Shown here: in pieces, positions 14,723 to 28,441 of the stretch
Numbering within the stretch: position 1 is the first letter of the stretch
Layout of the letters: each line of letters begins with the position of its first letter
Origin: Octopus vulgaris
Taxonomy: Eukaryota
Length of the DNA: 64,000 nucleotides
NCBI GenBank assembly: GCA_951406725.2
Contig: OX597814.1
Location: forward strand, 115,258,001 to 115,322,000
Direction of reading: 5' to 3'
Translations under genes and position numbers: made by a program
The notes under the pieces: generated by a model
Seen by the model: the letters and a program-made list of their open reading frames with translations, nothing else
Database searches by the model: none
What the model was told of the DNA's origin: nothing

Positions 14723-15027
14723 TGGAACTCCGTCGGTTACGACTACATGGGTTCCAGTTGATTCGATCAACGATACAGCCTGCTCGTGAAATTAACGTGT
14801 AAGTGGCAGACACGTGTACCCTTAACGTAGTTCTCGAGGGAGCTTCAGCGTGACACAGAGTGTGACAAGGCTGGTCCTTTAAAATACAGGTACAACAGAA
14901 ACAGGAAGAGTGATAGAAAGTGTTGGTCAAAGAATACAACTTTAGGTGTTTTCGCTCAATAAACACTCACAACGCCCGGTCTGGGAATCGAAACTGCTGC
15001 CCTAACCACTAGGCTATTGCGCCTCTA
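14721..15027 (-). mobile_element. tRNA-derived SINE (family of 40050-40422)
   Basis: Near-colinear with 40050-40422; tRNA-like A/B boxes on the minus strand. Confidence 0.8.
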
Positions 15028-15504
15028 CTATGTATGTGTGTGTGTGTGCGTGTGTGTGTGTGTATTAGTACGTAATATTAATACATTTTTTTTATAATCC
15101 ACAATTATGTATTATGTTTTATCGGACTTTTTTGAACATAAGTACTTTTGTGTATGAATATAAATATTAATCATACAATTATATATTCATATCATTTTTT
15201 CTGCATCTAATTACTACACAGATTTTTGTATATATCTATTATATCTGTTCAATCTATTAGATGAATATTGTGACTAAAAGTAACTTCTACGTATTACTAA
15301 TCTCTATAATAATAAACTATAAATATATTTACCCCAATATTAATATGATACATTATGGTAAATTACTATTTATTGTATACCTCTACACCTATTATCTAGA
15401 TTATATTAATATATATTTACTTTCCCACGAAATATACAACTTTGGCCCCCACTTAAAATATTTACACCAAACTTAGCCATATAACAATACTCAGTTTGCT
15501 GTAA

Positions 15505-15820
15505 TGTTCCGAATACTTTTCTGTTCCTTCTCGAGCCATGCCTGGCTCATAAGGGCCGGTCTCCCGGTTTCCTTGGCGTATAGGTTCCCCACCAGGACGG
15601 GACGCCGGTCCGTCGCAGGTGAGCTGCAAGATGCAGGAGGAAAGAGTGAGAGAAAGTTGTGGCGAAAGAGTCAGCAGAAGTTCGTCATTACCTCCTGCCG
15701 GAGCCGCGTAGAGCTTAGGTGTTTCGCTCATAAACACACACATCGCTCGGTCTGAGATTCGAACCCGCAATCCCTCAACCGCATGTCCGCTGCTCTAACC
15801 ACTAGGCCATGTGCTTCCAC
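15505..15820 (-). mobile_element. tRNA-derived SINE (family of 59550-59833)
   Basis: Minus-strand head tggaagcacatggcctagtggttagagcagcggac...ggttcgaatc; second copy at 59550-59833. Confidence 0.8.
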
Positions 15821-16454
15821 TCCGTATACTTAACACCTTATTATATATTGGTATATCCTTCTCTCTGCCTCTGACGAGAGTCTGTTTTATGAAATCATTT
15901 AATTATTACAACCATAATCTTTAAAGTACGAATCGAAACCGCTGTTAGAGATCATGTTTACTTTTGCATTTAATAAATATACTTATTAATTGATGTATCT
16001 CCATTTTCTTATTTTTCTTCAATAAATATAAACCTTGGTTTATCTAATTATCTATTATTAATGAGTATTAATATTCACAACAAATACTAGGTAATGAACC
16101 AGTAATTCGTTGTATATATGAGGTTTATCCAACCTCTGTATGTATGTAACATTTTAAAGAAACTTTAAGAACAACAAAACATTTACTGATGAGGAGACTC
16201 AATAATGAAAGTAGACTGAAATTCATTATAAAATTTCTTTTGGCTGGGACTTTAAGTTTCGCCTGACGGCTTACTCAACATCGTCAATAATCCGAGAGGA
16301 GAGAGTAGGAAACAAGACGTAGGCTCACGGTATCGAGTCGGTTGGTTCGATTCTCAGGAAAGTAATATGACTTCGGGTAATACTATCAAGCTTATGAGAA
16401 CCACTCCCCGTCCGACTTGGTAAATATGTGGTCACGTGTCTACATAAATCAATA

Positions 16455-16829
16455 ATATATTATTTACATTTGCTAGCACAACGTGTTTGCTGATATACCC
16501 TCCAGCCTTCTTCGGGTGTCTTGGGGAAATTTCGAACCTGGGTTCTCATTCCTAAGGTATTTTTCGATGTTATTTTCTTTACAAAAAGTTTATTTTGAAA
16601 TTTGTGAGAAAATAACGTATCCTATTTCATTATTGAATGAATAAGCACTGGAAATAGCCGAAAATACCTTAGGAATGAGAACCCAGGTTCGAAATTTCGC
16701 CAAGACACCTGATGAAGGCTGGAGGGTATATCAGCCGAAACGTTGTGTTAACAACAAACAAGATGAGGGCAAATATCCGTCTAATGTAAATAATGTACAT
16801 AATACCTCATCTTTTAAATATAGAACTGT
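16455..16829. mobile_element. Palindromic Penelope-like short retroelement with minimal hammerhead
   Basis: 16479-16570 is the reverse complement of 16657-16750; hammerhead at 16704-16749; same family at 60683-60891 and 63936-64000. Confidence 0.65.
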
Positions 16830-16880
16830 AAAGTCAATATTATTACATGGTGACTGATTTTTGCTTCTTTTCTTTCCTAG

Positions 16881-17079
16881 TTTGGACAATACGTTTCGGA
16901 CAGTATTCTGGTCCCTGTTTGGCAAAGGTGAGGCCTCAGTAGTTGAGCTAGACGGCTTCAGTCATTATTTTACCCGCAATGTAGGCTACTGGATTTTCGG
17001 TGCATATAACATTAGTACTGTGATCGTGCTTTTAAACATGCTCATAGCAATGATGACAAGGTCATTCGAATGTATCCAG
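16881..17079 (+). CDS. TRPC: TRPC-family channel exon (pore helix, filter, S6)
   Basis: ttcctag|T TTG...CAG|gtaagt; LDNTFRTVFWSLFGKGEASVVEL...YNISTVIVLLNMLIAMMTRSFECIQ; LFW-type pore helix and LLNMLIAMM S6 signature. Confidence 0.96.
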
Positions 17080-17759
17080 GTAAGTACACAAACCAGCTCT
17101 ATCAGTCATTCTGTCTGGCACTATAGCTGCCTCTCTCTCTCTCTCTGCCACTTCTGCTACTTTATTTTAATATGTTCTCTTCTATGAATTTTCTTCTTTC
17201 TCTTTTACCATATCCCCTCTTTGCTGTATAATAAAATACATTTTATTGTATGTATGTGTGTGTGTGTGTATTTACATTGACATCAAATATTTTTTAGTAT
17301 TAATGATATAAGGATGTACACACATCTAATTTAAGATGAAAAGTGAAACCACTGCTAACTTAAACCATGTTTCTTTTATATGGGTTCAATTTATGTGTAG
17401 TGTGTTTACTCTGTCCTAGACAAGTGTTGTAAGTCTGTACATACACATACACATGTTTATACACCATACATATACATATGCGTACATACGTAGATGCAAG
17501 AAAATATATTTCATGTACACATACACACACATCATAGAAACGCAACCTTCATAGAAGCATAGTTACTTTCAAACAATGGGAAGCCGGGCACATTCCTTAA
17601 AAGATGAATATCAATACAGTTGATATTGAAAAGTATACATACATACATACATACATACATACATACATACATACATACATACATAGTTGAAATTTATAGA
17701 GAAACAAAAGACGAACAACAAATAAGTGTATTACATTGACTCTGCAACACTGTATATAA

Positions 17760-18165
17760 ATTCCCTACTGGGAATGACCAAGTTTAAAAATCTGCTGGAT
17801 CTCACTCATAAGGGAATCTTACATTGTTTATAAACTCTATATTTGGAAGGACTCATATTAAACTCTGTTGGACTTTTGGATTTTACTCAAAGGATATTGG
17901 AATATTGCATATATATCATTATACCTATAAAACGGATTTATGAACTCAATTCCCATACATATCTTACATCTATTTTCTTTCCTCCACCTCACTCTCTATT
18001 TTGTATCACATCGAAACTAACTATGACTTAATTTTTCCTCTCACACCGTCTCCGATAAAGGGATATTATTAATTTATATCTTAGAAACAGCTGTAAGACC
18101 TATCTATAAATACTCAAATATCTATACAGCCTTGGTTTTTTTATCTCATTATGCAAAAAATTCTT
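17760..18165 (+). mobile_element. Penelope-like 3' region with hammerhead relic
   Basis: Highly similar inverted copy at 47745-48145; GTCT-CCGATAA-stem II-GAAAC-AGCT-GTA-AGAC at 18048-18099. Confidence 0.6.
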
Positions 18166-18310
18166 ATATACATACGCTGATATAGAACCAACTTTGAACC
18201 CTTTATTCGCAATATTACCGAATCTGGAACTCAATTATGGTCTGTCTATAGCACTTATTCAGCATTACCTGACATCTTTGGGTCTCAATGACACCATTAT
18301 CTCATATATA

Positions 18311-19097
18311 TCTCTATTTATAAAACTGAAATGCGAAAAGTTTGTTGTTTGTTTGGTTGGTTTTGGCATTGAGAACGGGTTAAAGGCCACTAGATCCCGT
18401 CGGATTGACTCCAAAATTTACAGGGACATGTAAAATGAGGTGAGGATGCCAGTGGGCAAGGTTAGAAATCCCTATCTTAAAAGGTGTCGTTGCTAGGGCC
18501 AAAAACGCACTTTGACAAGTCGACTCTCATTCTTTTATTTATCTGTCTTCTTCCGTCACTCATTCTCTTTCCTCCCTTCCCATCACTGTCTATATATAAC
18601 GTCGTCTAACGGCGTCCAACTCCCCTTCACTTTCTCTTTATAACGTCGTCAAACTGCGTTCTATATCTTCCCCCCACCCCGCCTTCGACAGCGCTTTCAC
18701 ACTCTCTCTCTCTCTCTACGTCTGTCTGCATTCATAGACAGAATTATCATCGCCACAACCACCACACAATCATGAGAATATTATGAATCAGATATATATT
18801 GGGTTAATTTATATATGTGTGTGTGTGTTCTATATATAAATATGTATATATAATGTATATACATACAAAGTATATATATCTGTATTTATGTATATTAAAC
18901 TTTTTAATACTTTTTGATAGTTATATATATTTTTTTTAATTATAAATATAAATTAATAATTTTAATTTTAAATTTAAATAATTTAGATTTTTCAATTTTA
19001 TATTTTATATATTTTGTATATTATATTTTTATTTTTATGTTTTGGTTTATGTTTTTCACTGATTTGCCTATTAGTGGTTTTATCTCTAATTTAATTT

Positions 19098-19137
<40 letters not shown>

Positions 19138-19160
19138 ATACATTTGTATATATAATGCGT

Positions 19161-19219
<59 letters not shown>

Positions 19220-20402
19220 CATTATGTGTGCATTATGTGGTCGGTTGAGCTGAAAATATGCACACCTATGTTAAAAGTGCTGGCAAGTTTGCATGACAAC
19301 TATTTTTTTCCTCAAATGAAAGGCGTGACCTCTACGACAAAATTCCTCATCTTATAAAATGTGGCCCCAGTAGACCCCGAATGAAATCGGGTTGTATTAA
19401 CCAAAATGTGAAAAGGGGTCTAAATGGGGCTGAAGGGGATTAAAATTTAAAGGAACGGGTGTTTAGGAATTCTCTGTTACATCAAGCTAAAAAATTTGCG
19501 CCAGCCTTTTAATCGTCAATGTGCTGCCGTCCATGAAGAAGTTTTGAATGCTTGCCATGGTGAGTCTACTGTCGTGAGAAAGAATCACATCAAAACTTGG
19601 TGTTTAGGAATTTTCTTTTACATCAAGTTCAAAATTTTACGCCAGCCGTTAAACTGTCAATACGTTGCTGTCCGTCATTAAGAAATGCCAGCCATGGTGA
19701 CTCTGCTATCCTCAGATTCTATCCCTTCAAACTTTGGTTTCCAATATTTTATTAATTTTATTCAGCTCGCAAGTTCGTCTGTCCCTTTTAAATGTTAGTG
19801 TTTTGCTGTCTGCCTTGAAGCAGACCTTTCCGTTGTCACTGCCTGATATTTATGATTGATCTTTCAAAATAATTTATTTCTCAACTTACTCAAGATCTTT
19901 TGTTGTTTATAAATGGGAGAGAGATAGATCAAGATAGAAAGTAAGAGAAAGCGAGGGAGAGTCCCAGAGGAAAGAAAAGTAAGAGAGTGGGAAAGTGAGA
20001 GAGAAAGGAGAGAGAAACAAAGAGGGAGAATCAACATCATCGTTTAACGTCGGTTTTCCGTGCTAGCACGGGTTCGACAGTTTGACCGGCGTCTGGGAAG
20101 CCAGGAGGCTGCACCAGGCTCCAGTCTGATCTGGCAGTGTTTCTACAGGTGGATGCCCTTCCTAACGCCAACCACTCTGTGAGTGTAGTGGGTGCTTTTT
20201 TCGTGCCGTCGGCACAGGTGCCAGGGGGGCTGGCAGCGGCCACGATCGGTTGGTGCTTTTTACTTGCCACCGGCACAGAAGCCAATCAAGGCGGCGCTGC
20301 AATCGGCCACGTTCGGATGGTGCTTTTTACGTGCTGAAAAGAAGCAACAGAAAGTAACAACCACACTCTTACCCGCGCGTAGAGCAGGTCACCTTATGCT
20401 AG
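18311..20402 (+). mobile_element. Probable non-autonomous Helitron in TRPC intron, with nested repeats
   Basis: A|TCTCTATTTATAAAACTGA 5' end like the other Helitrons here; 3' CCCGCGCGTAGAGCAGG-TCACCTTATG-CTAG|T. That both ends belong to one element is inferred. Confidence 0.45.
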
Positions 20403-20433
<31 letters not shown>

Positions 20434-20589
20434 GCGTGTGTGTGTGTATGTGTGTATAAGTCAAATTATAACATAACAGAAGGCAGTGGTGATGAAAATA
20501 TCCATATATCTTAATATTAAATATTGAATTCTTGCTTTTATCAATGATTATATAATTGTTATATAATCGTATTTAATTTATTTTCTCAG

Positions 20590-20820
20590 ACGGAAGCGGA
20601 TACTGAATGGAAATTTGCTCGCAGTAAGCTTTATATGGAATACATCCAAGAGGACTGTACTCTACCGGTGCCATTTAACATTATACCAAGTTTCAAATCT
20701 ATTTTCTATATTTTGCGATTCTTTTACCGTCTTTTTGTTAAAAAAGAAGAATCTGGTATGGTAAGACATCCCGGTCGAATAAAAGACGTTGAGCTTTATG
20801 CAATGCCAAGTGGACGTCGG
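20590..20820 (+). CDS. TRPC: TRPC-family channel exon (TRP box)
   Basis: ttctcag|ACG; [37 protein letters not shown]; TRP box EWKFAR and LPxPFN. Donor either gtcagt at 20821 or gtaaga at 20761 (both phase 0). Confidence 0.92.
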
Positions 20821-21719
20821 GTCAGTACCCTTTTTTTCTATCTATTATTCCTTCATTATATAAAATTTCATGTATTTTGAGTTTGCTTCTTGCTAAAGAA
20901 TTGATATTACTAAATTATAAAATTAATATCTGATAATACATGAGAAAGGTGGGGGTTCCTTTTCTTAATTTCTTAATGATACCTGGTCGAAATTTGCTGT
21001 AAGAAATTTGCCTGCGGGTCGGGTGTTTCCAGAAATATATTGTTAACTGTCAAAGTCAATTAAAGGCTTCTAACGTAAGAAGGTCACATATTTTGGGAGA
21101 GCATGCGGTCGATTTTTTTTATAGACACAGAAAACTGAAAGGCAAGTCACCCTCCGTGAAATTTTAGATGAGAGCATAAAGAGATGTAACATAATTCTAC
21201 AAACAATTTTGTTCGTCGCTCTACTGCTTCTGTTATCCACCACCCTGTGTGTAAATTGATGAAACGGGACACTGAGCTGAAATATTATGGGTGTCATGGA
21301 AGGGATGTCATGAAGGGAAGTCATGTGGTGGGGGATGCTACTTTCATAACAGTTAATTCTGATTCGAATTAATAGTTTCACAGCTAAGATTAAATGACAT
21401 AATACTCTTTATTATCGTAGCAAAAGAGTAACTTAGATATTCGCAGTTTCAATGAGTATGTCTTCCATATAAGTATATGTGTTTATCATTAACTGGGAGA
21501 ATTGTTTGCATGTCTGGCAAAATACTCATCGGCGTGTCTTCCCGCTCTTTATGTTCTGAGTTCAAATCCTGCTAAGGTTGACTTTGCCTTTCATACTTTC
21601 GGAGTCGATAAAAAAGCAGCGATCAAGTACTGGAGTCGATGTAATCGACTAATACCATCCCATGAAATTACTGGCCTTGTGTCAAAATGTTGAAACTATT
21701 GGTAATAGCCTACTAATGA

Positions 21720-21915
21720 GGCAGCGAGCTAGCAGAATCGTTAACACACCGGACAAACTGCTTAGCAGCATTTCGTCCGTCTTCATGTTCTGAGTTCGAC
21801 TTAGCCGTTCATTGTCGGAGTCGATAAAATAACAACCAGTTGAACACTGGAGTCGATTTAATCGACTAGCCCTCTCCCACCAAAATTTCAGGCCTTGTGC
21901 CTACAGTAGAAAGGG
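21720..21915 (+). mobile_element. tRNA-derived SINE (family of 39641-39868), degenerate; another copy at 21500-21700
   Basis: ggcagcgagctagcagaatcgttaacac head and gtcgataaaataa..accagt body. Confidence 0.7.
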
Positions 21916-22157
21916 TTATTAAAAGAAGTAACACAAGCCTTCTTCGTTTACTTTGCATCCCAAGAATAGATTTCCTCTTTAGCTTACTTAACGTTATAAT
22001 TTTGAAGCAGTGTTATTAGAGATAGTGAAGAATGTATTCTACGTAGCAATGAAATAACTTCCAAAATTCCATTCTTCAACCCACAGCAAGAATCTAAAAT
22101 GTCAATTGAGATCTAAAGTTATTATTTGTTTTTTCTTTCTCTCTCTCCTTCTTGCAG

Positions 22158-22310
22158 CAAGGCATCACGCAGTTAGATGCAAGTGCTTGGGAAACTGATT
22201 CACCTCACTTGAAGGGAATTAAGCATTTCCAAGAGAGAATGTCGACGACAAATGGCTTTGTGCGGAACGATTCAGACCCTTCGATATGTTCCCAAAAGCT
22301 TACGTATCAG
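22158..22310 (+). CDS. TRPC: TRPC-family channel exon (variable C-terminal linker)
   Basis: Long polypyrimidine tract + cttgcag, donor CAG|gtacag; 51 open codons ending KLTYQ that lead into the YQxVMKRxVKRY motif of the next exon. Confidence 0.85.
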
Positions 22311-22434
22311 GTACAGTTATTCACCAGTTTCATTACGTGCAACTGATATTTTCAGAGTAACAACTGAAACAACATATAATCTATCAGTATTATATATATA
22401 TAATATTGATATATATATACACACACGCATAACA

Positions 22435-22482
<48 letters not shown>

Positions 22483-22573
22483 CATATATACACACACACA
22501 TATACACACACATATATATATATATATATACTCATATATACACACACACATATATATATATATACTCATATAT

Positions 22574-22628
<55 letters not shown>

Positions 22629-22750
22629 CATATATAGACTCTTATTTCTAGCAATGCTGGTGCTGACAACTACTTGCTATTCGGTTGTAAATTGCAAATA
22701 GCCACCTTAATAATTAATTTGATATATATATATATACACACACACACACA

Positions 22751-22967
22751 TGAGGGTGTGCTGAAAAGTTCCTGGCTTTGTGTAAAAGACAATACAGGAG
22801 GATCAGTTAATTATGATTTTAATCAACACGTTCCCTTCTCTGATTCACACACTTATTGTAGCGGTCGTTCAGTTTTTCTAAGCCCTGTAAAAGAACTGGG
22901 AAAGTTGGGCCTCCAACCAGGCCTTTGACGACACCTTGAAAACCAGGAACTTTTCAGCATCCCCTCA
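22751..22967. mobile_element. Tc1/mariner-derived MITE
   Basis: ~28-bp TIRs tgagggtgtgctgaaaagttcctggcttt / aaaaccaggaacttttcagcatcccctca, TA on the right flank. Confidence 0.75.
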
Positions 22968-22979
22968 TATGTGTATATA

Positions 22980-23032
<53 letters not shown>

Positions 23033-23743
23033 CGTTTAGACATAGCTGTACTGAAAGCCTGATGTTAGTATTCAGTGTACGTATGCTTCAGAGAAATGCG
23101 TTGTAGAAGCACTCACCTGTGAGTACATTGCATCTTAAAGCAATACCAGTTGCATGGTAATGAAGTTCATCACATGATTTCTATTTCCTTTTTCATTTAT
23201 ATAATCTGTGTGTGTGTGTGTGTGTGTGTGTTTAAACACAATTACAAGCGAAGTCACAAACATTATTCACCAAAGCAGCGTGCGACTTACGCTCAGGTCA
23301 AAGAATGAAGATGAAACCAAAATATTATAAGCACAGATAGTTTTTGACATATATGAGCAGATGAGGCAATTGAATGTTTTAGAAATTCCATTCTCTTGCC
23401 GTTTATTCATATTGCTATATTGTTCCATTTCAATTTTCTTTAAGCATTACTGGATAAGATATTCGAAATTGATTGTCACAAAATACAAATTATGAAGTTC
23501 GTGTACGAAAAATAATTGAATCTACTTCGTGCTAAATCACAACGTCTTTATCTGTCTGATGACTTCACGTTGAATGTTATAGAAATACGAAATAATAGTC
23601 AAGTTTGAAATCAATATATTACATTGACATAATGTATTAGTATTAATGGTTCACTAGCTTGCGTTGCTTTTGTAAAGTGTATACGTCTCATGTGTAAAGT
23701 TGCTACTGTCAATGCTAATTGTTTCTCGTACTTTATCTTGCAG

Positions 23744-23810
23744 CGGGTTATGAAGCGAATTGTTAAGCGTTACATATTCGATATGCAGAGGGAAAACGAC
23801 ACAAATGAAG
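23744..23810 (+). CDS. TRPC: TRPC-family channel exon (rib helix)
   Basis: cttgcag|CGG...GAAG|gtgagg; RVMKRIVKRYIFDMQRENDTNE. Confidence 0.92.
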
Positions 23811-24671
23811 GTGAGGAATTCGATGAAATGAAAATAGAAATTTTGATATGAATTATCCATTGTTAGTTTTATATATTAGTCAGTTAATAAGTATCGTTAG
23901 AGAATCGGAAAAAATTCATAGTGGTATTTTCTTCAACTTCTTATTTTGATTTCAAATCCCGGTGAGAGTACAAAGTGCTGGAGCCAATTTAATTTATTGA
24001 CACTGGTATCTTCCAGGCTTCTCCAACCACGACACTATGACAGAATTCTTAGCTAATGTTTTCCTGCGTGCCTCTTGTGCATTAAGAGTTTTGTTAAGAG
24101 GTACAGTATCCCTGTGAGAACAGCGGCCCCGAGTAATATTAGCTTTAGAACATGGAGCAATGGTAGAAATATCCTGTAATTAGGGAAACGTGAAACATCT
24201 TCTTTTTATGGTTGGTGAAAGTAGACAGAAAGAAAATTAGCTACATTTTTTCGATCTATAAAGAACAAAGAATAATACGTTCACTGATATTGCGAAAAGT
24301 TTGTCGGGATAAAATAAATTGGAGGTGGCTGATTGATTCATTGTAGGCATGTGACTACAGGTTATAGGTCATTGACAATCTCCAAGAAAGGCAAAACGAC
24401 TCTGGCGTTCCCGTGAGTCACCCCTAGGAAGAAGTTCGACTCACTCCGATATATATCGATATATACTGTTTTTCAACATAACATTTTTTATCTTTCGTCT
24501 TTTACTTGTTGCAGTCATTAGACTGCGGCTACCACCTTGAACTTTTTATCGACCCCAGTATTTATTCTATCGGTGTCTTTTGCCGAACCGCTAACGTTAC
24601 GGGAATGTTAGCACGCCATCACCAGTTGTCAAGCGGTGTTGGAGAATAAACACAAAAACTCACGCAAATTA

Positions 24672-24730
<59 letters not shown>

Positions 24731-24764
24731 AGGGGGTCGACACTTTTGTTGAGAGAGCACGTAT

Positions 24765-24972
24765 TCAGCATGAAGAACTTAAGTGTGCTGCTCGAAAGTG
24801 CACTGCTGGTGTAGTGAATGGGGGAAGCTCGGTTTGTAATCGGATATGCTTGTCAATAGCAGGGTTCATTAGCCACCAACGGAGCTGCAAATGCAGGATA
24901 TAAGTTAGTCCTAGAGCGCACAATGTTCCTGAAGGTCAGCAATGGTCTTCCTCGGTCACGAGAAGACGATCA
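24765..24972 (+). mobile_element. RTE-clade LINE 3' end fragment
   Basis: Encodes VCNRICLSIAGFISHQRSC, the C-terminal zinc-finger-like motif of RTE ORFs, then a short UTR. Confidence 0.55.
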
Positions 24973-24975
24973 TTA

Positions 24976-25035
<60 letters not shown>

Positions 25036-25711
25036 GACGGGCTTCATTCAGTTTCCGTCTACCAAATCCACTCACAAGGCTTTGGTTGGCTTCTGGCTAA
25101 GTAGAAGACACTTGTCGAAATGCCACGCAGTGAGACTGAACCTGGAACTATGTGGTTGAGAATCGGCTTCTTACCACATAGCCACTGAAGAGATTTCTTT
25201 CAGATCGAAAGAAAAGCAGCATCATGTCTATGCATGGTGTATATATCTTAAGCAGGATACACTGAAGGAATTTATCACTTAATGCCGGATTTATTTTAGC
25301 CCAACAAACTTTCCGCAATATGAGAAAGTGTGTTATTCAATGTTCGCTACATATTGGGGGCAACAGATTTCGTTAGGCACACAACTACAAGGTACATGTC
25401 ATTGATAATTCCCAGGAAGGACGAATTTTGGAATAATAGTTCTTGAAACGCATAACATATAGCTATAAAGACGGACAGATAAATAGACAGACTGACTGAC
25501 TGACAGATAGACAGATAGATAGATTGACAGGTAGGCAGGGAGGCAGACAAATAGATAGATTGACAGGTAGGCAGGGAGGCAGACAAATAGATAGACTGGC
25601 AATCAATTCTGATTCCATGCTGAGATTTGTTTGTATAAAAATGTTTATACCGTTGTGATGCTAAATACCACCAATTACCAAGTACTAAAATCTCTTTTCG
25701 TTATCCGACAG

Positions 25712-26178
25712 GTGATTTTGATGAACTAAAACAGGATATTTCCAGTTTCCGTTATGAAATGCTAAACCACATATCAACGCATCAAAATGACAAGAAAGTC
25801 AATCAGGAACAGATAAGCCAGTTACGATCCAGAGTGGACGAACTGGTTCGACAGAACGACATCATATTGAGTTTGTTACAGAGAGAATCGGGTAAAAAAC
25901 GCATGACAGATTTGGATGCGTGTTTTGACAGTTCTGATAACTCAACGCTCGATATTTACGGGGGCAATATAAATGAATCAACCAGTGCCCATGAGAGTGT
26001 TCAGGATTTATCTGATATGAGTACTTCGCAACATTTATCCGATGAATCGCGAAGTGAAAAACAAGACAGCTTTGATAAAGTAGACCCTAACGGCAAAGAA
26101 GAAACGCACATTCATGTTGATGTAGAACTTGATAAAGATGATACGCCGAATGATGGAAAAGACGATATATCTCTCTAA
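25712..26178 (+). CDS. TRPC: TRPC-family channel terminal coding exon (coiled coil, acidic tail, stop)
   Basis: ccgacag|GT GAT; GDFDELKQDISSFRYEMLN (TRPC ELKQDISSxRYE motif) continuing into ORF 25759-26178, TAA stop. Confidence 0.94.
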
Positions 26179-26430
26179 GGGAAGAGAATAATCCTGAATA
26201 TTTTCATTGATTCGCCTCAATTTCAATAATGATTGATTATATATATATTCATTCAAATATATGTGTATATATATACATATATTCATATATGTATATATAT
26301 ACACATATATACTTATATTCATATACAAATATTCGTTTATATACATATATACATACATATATACATACATATCTTCGTTTATATATGTACATATATTCAT
26401 ATATATATATATATACATATTCATATATAC

Positions 26431-26463
<33 letters not shown>

Positions 26464-28013
26464 ATATATATATATATATACATTTTTATATATGTGTATA
26501 TATACATTTATATGTGTATATATATATATATATACATATATTATATATATATTATATATATGAAAAACTGAGATAATACACAACCAGTCAATAAAAATAG
26601 CAACTAAATTTGTTTTTAATTGCATTTATGTGGAATTAATTTGAACAATTCAGTAATCTATTTTTTAACCAAATTTTCTTCAAATATCCAATGAGAACTC
26701 TTTCAGATGCTTGTTAATTGTTAACGATTAGAGACAGAACAAGGAGAAAGATTTATAGGCAGACAATCTGAAGAAGTTTTAATTTACAGTTTACGTAACT
26801 TCCTCTATTCTTTCAAGTATAACCTCATTCTGGTACGCCTTGTCTCAAATTATATTTTGTTGTGAATTTTGTGTGCACGAATGTGTAAAAGAGGATATAT
26901 TGAACGTAAGAGAAAGCTCGAATGTGAGTGATATTCACTCAACAATTTGTTATACATGAACTATATATCCGATATTGTTGAAATTCCTTTACTCGAGAGT
27001 TAAATTTGGCCTTTGTTATTGGATATAACATTGTATGCTGAGATCTGTAAACACAACATTACGTCTAATTTTGGAATGGCGGATGTAGTTCTTGTTGCAT
27101 AGTGCCACAGACAAATAACCACAACTTTAGTCCACCGGAAAATAGGATTCCTCGCTATTAAAATTAGTTCTGAGTTACAACGTCGTCTTCGTGTTAAAGA
27201 AAAATCTGTTATGTCTTTCAGTATCTTGCCAATCCTGTCTACACAACTTTAGGTATTGATTATGTTTAAAACAGACATGCTTTCATTTGAGAAAGATTAA
27301 TTTTGGGATCAAATCTAGTTCCAAAAAAAAAAAGAAAAAAAAAGGAACTTATATACAAATGTCAACAAAATTTTGGAAGAAATCGTTAGTTATTTACCCG
27401 AAACTTGGAGATGAATATAATTGTTTATACGATGTATGACTGGATACTTATATTCCAACGTTCTAGATTTCTGCTTCTACTTCATTTGTCCGCAGTATAA
27501 TATAAAGCAATGTCAATGTTTAACCTCTATGATTTTGGAAGCTTCATTTTGCCTAAAATGAGAAAATATAAAAGTACATATATATATTATACATATATTA
27601 TATATATATTATATATATATTATAGCAATGCTAAATGCAACCTAAAGATTCTATATAGGTAACTTTAAAGACTAATTTTGTTCACTGCCTCGATACGTCT
27701 TCTGAAAGTTCAGTTTTGTCACTTGTCTGGTATAGTTGTGTAACATTTATCTACAAAAGAGCTTGCATCAACAAACGCACATGTTTAAACACACATATAT
27801 GTATTTAAACACATACATATATCTATGAACATAACTACTTATACATAAATATACGTACAAAATCTACTATTGCATTCGTACATGCAAATCTATTAATGCA
27901 TGGTTTAATGCAAATAATTCTTTTTTTTATTTTTCAAGTTTTTTTTTTTTTAGAAAATAAAGGAAGGGTGAAGAAAGTAGAGAAAAAAGTGTGGAATTTC
28001 TAGTGTAAAAAGT

Positions 28014-28019
28014 AATAAA
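28014..28019 (+). promoter_or_regulatory. Candidate polyadenylation signal of the TRPC 3' UTR
   Basis: AATAAA followed by GT/T-rich ggtcttgtttgtttatt; other AATAAA hexamers lie near 26590 and 27956, so the site is not unique. Confidence 0.3.
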
Positions 28020-28441
28020 ATTTTTATTAATATCGATATTGGTCTTGTTTGTTTATTCATAAAGCGTTGACTATTTTGTACGGGTGAGTTGACAATTGTC
28101 TGACGGTCTACGGGAGGAGCTAAGAGTTTGCGGTTTGCCGAGATATACGAGTGTGTCTACAATGTGTGGGTGTATGTATATATACGTTCGTGGGAGGGTT
28201 GGGACGTTGAAGTAATCGTTTTGCTAATGTCTTGTAGTGTGTGCCTGTTTGAAGTCTAAGGTTTTCGTAATTATCTTCCGTCGTATAAGTGTCTGTAACA
28301 AAGTACTGACTATTGCCCAGTGTGTCTGTGTGTGTGTGCGTCTCTGTGTGTGTGCACGAGTGTTATCAATTAAAGTGCTGACCATTGTCGGAGGGGGGAT
28401 GCGTGTGTGTGTGTGTGTGTGTTTTAGTACGAAGTAAAATA

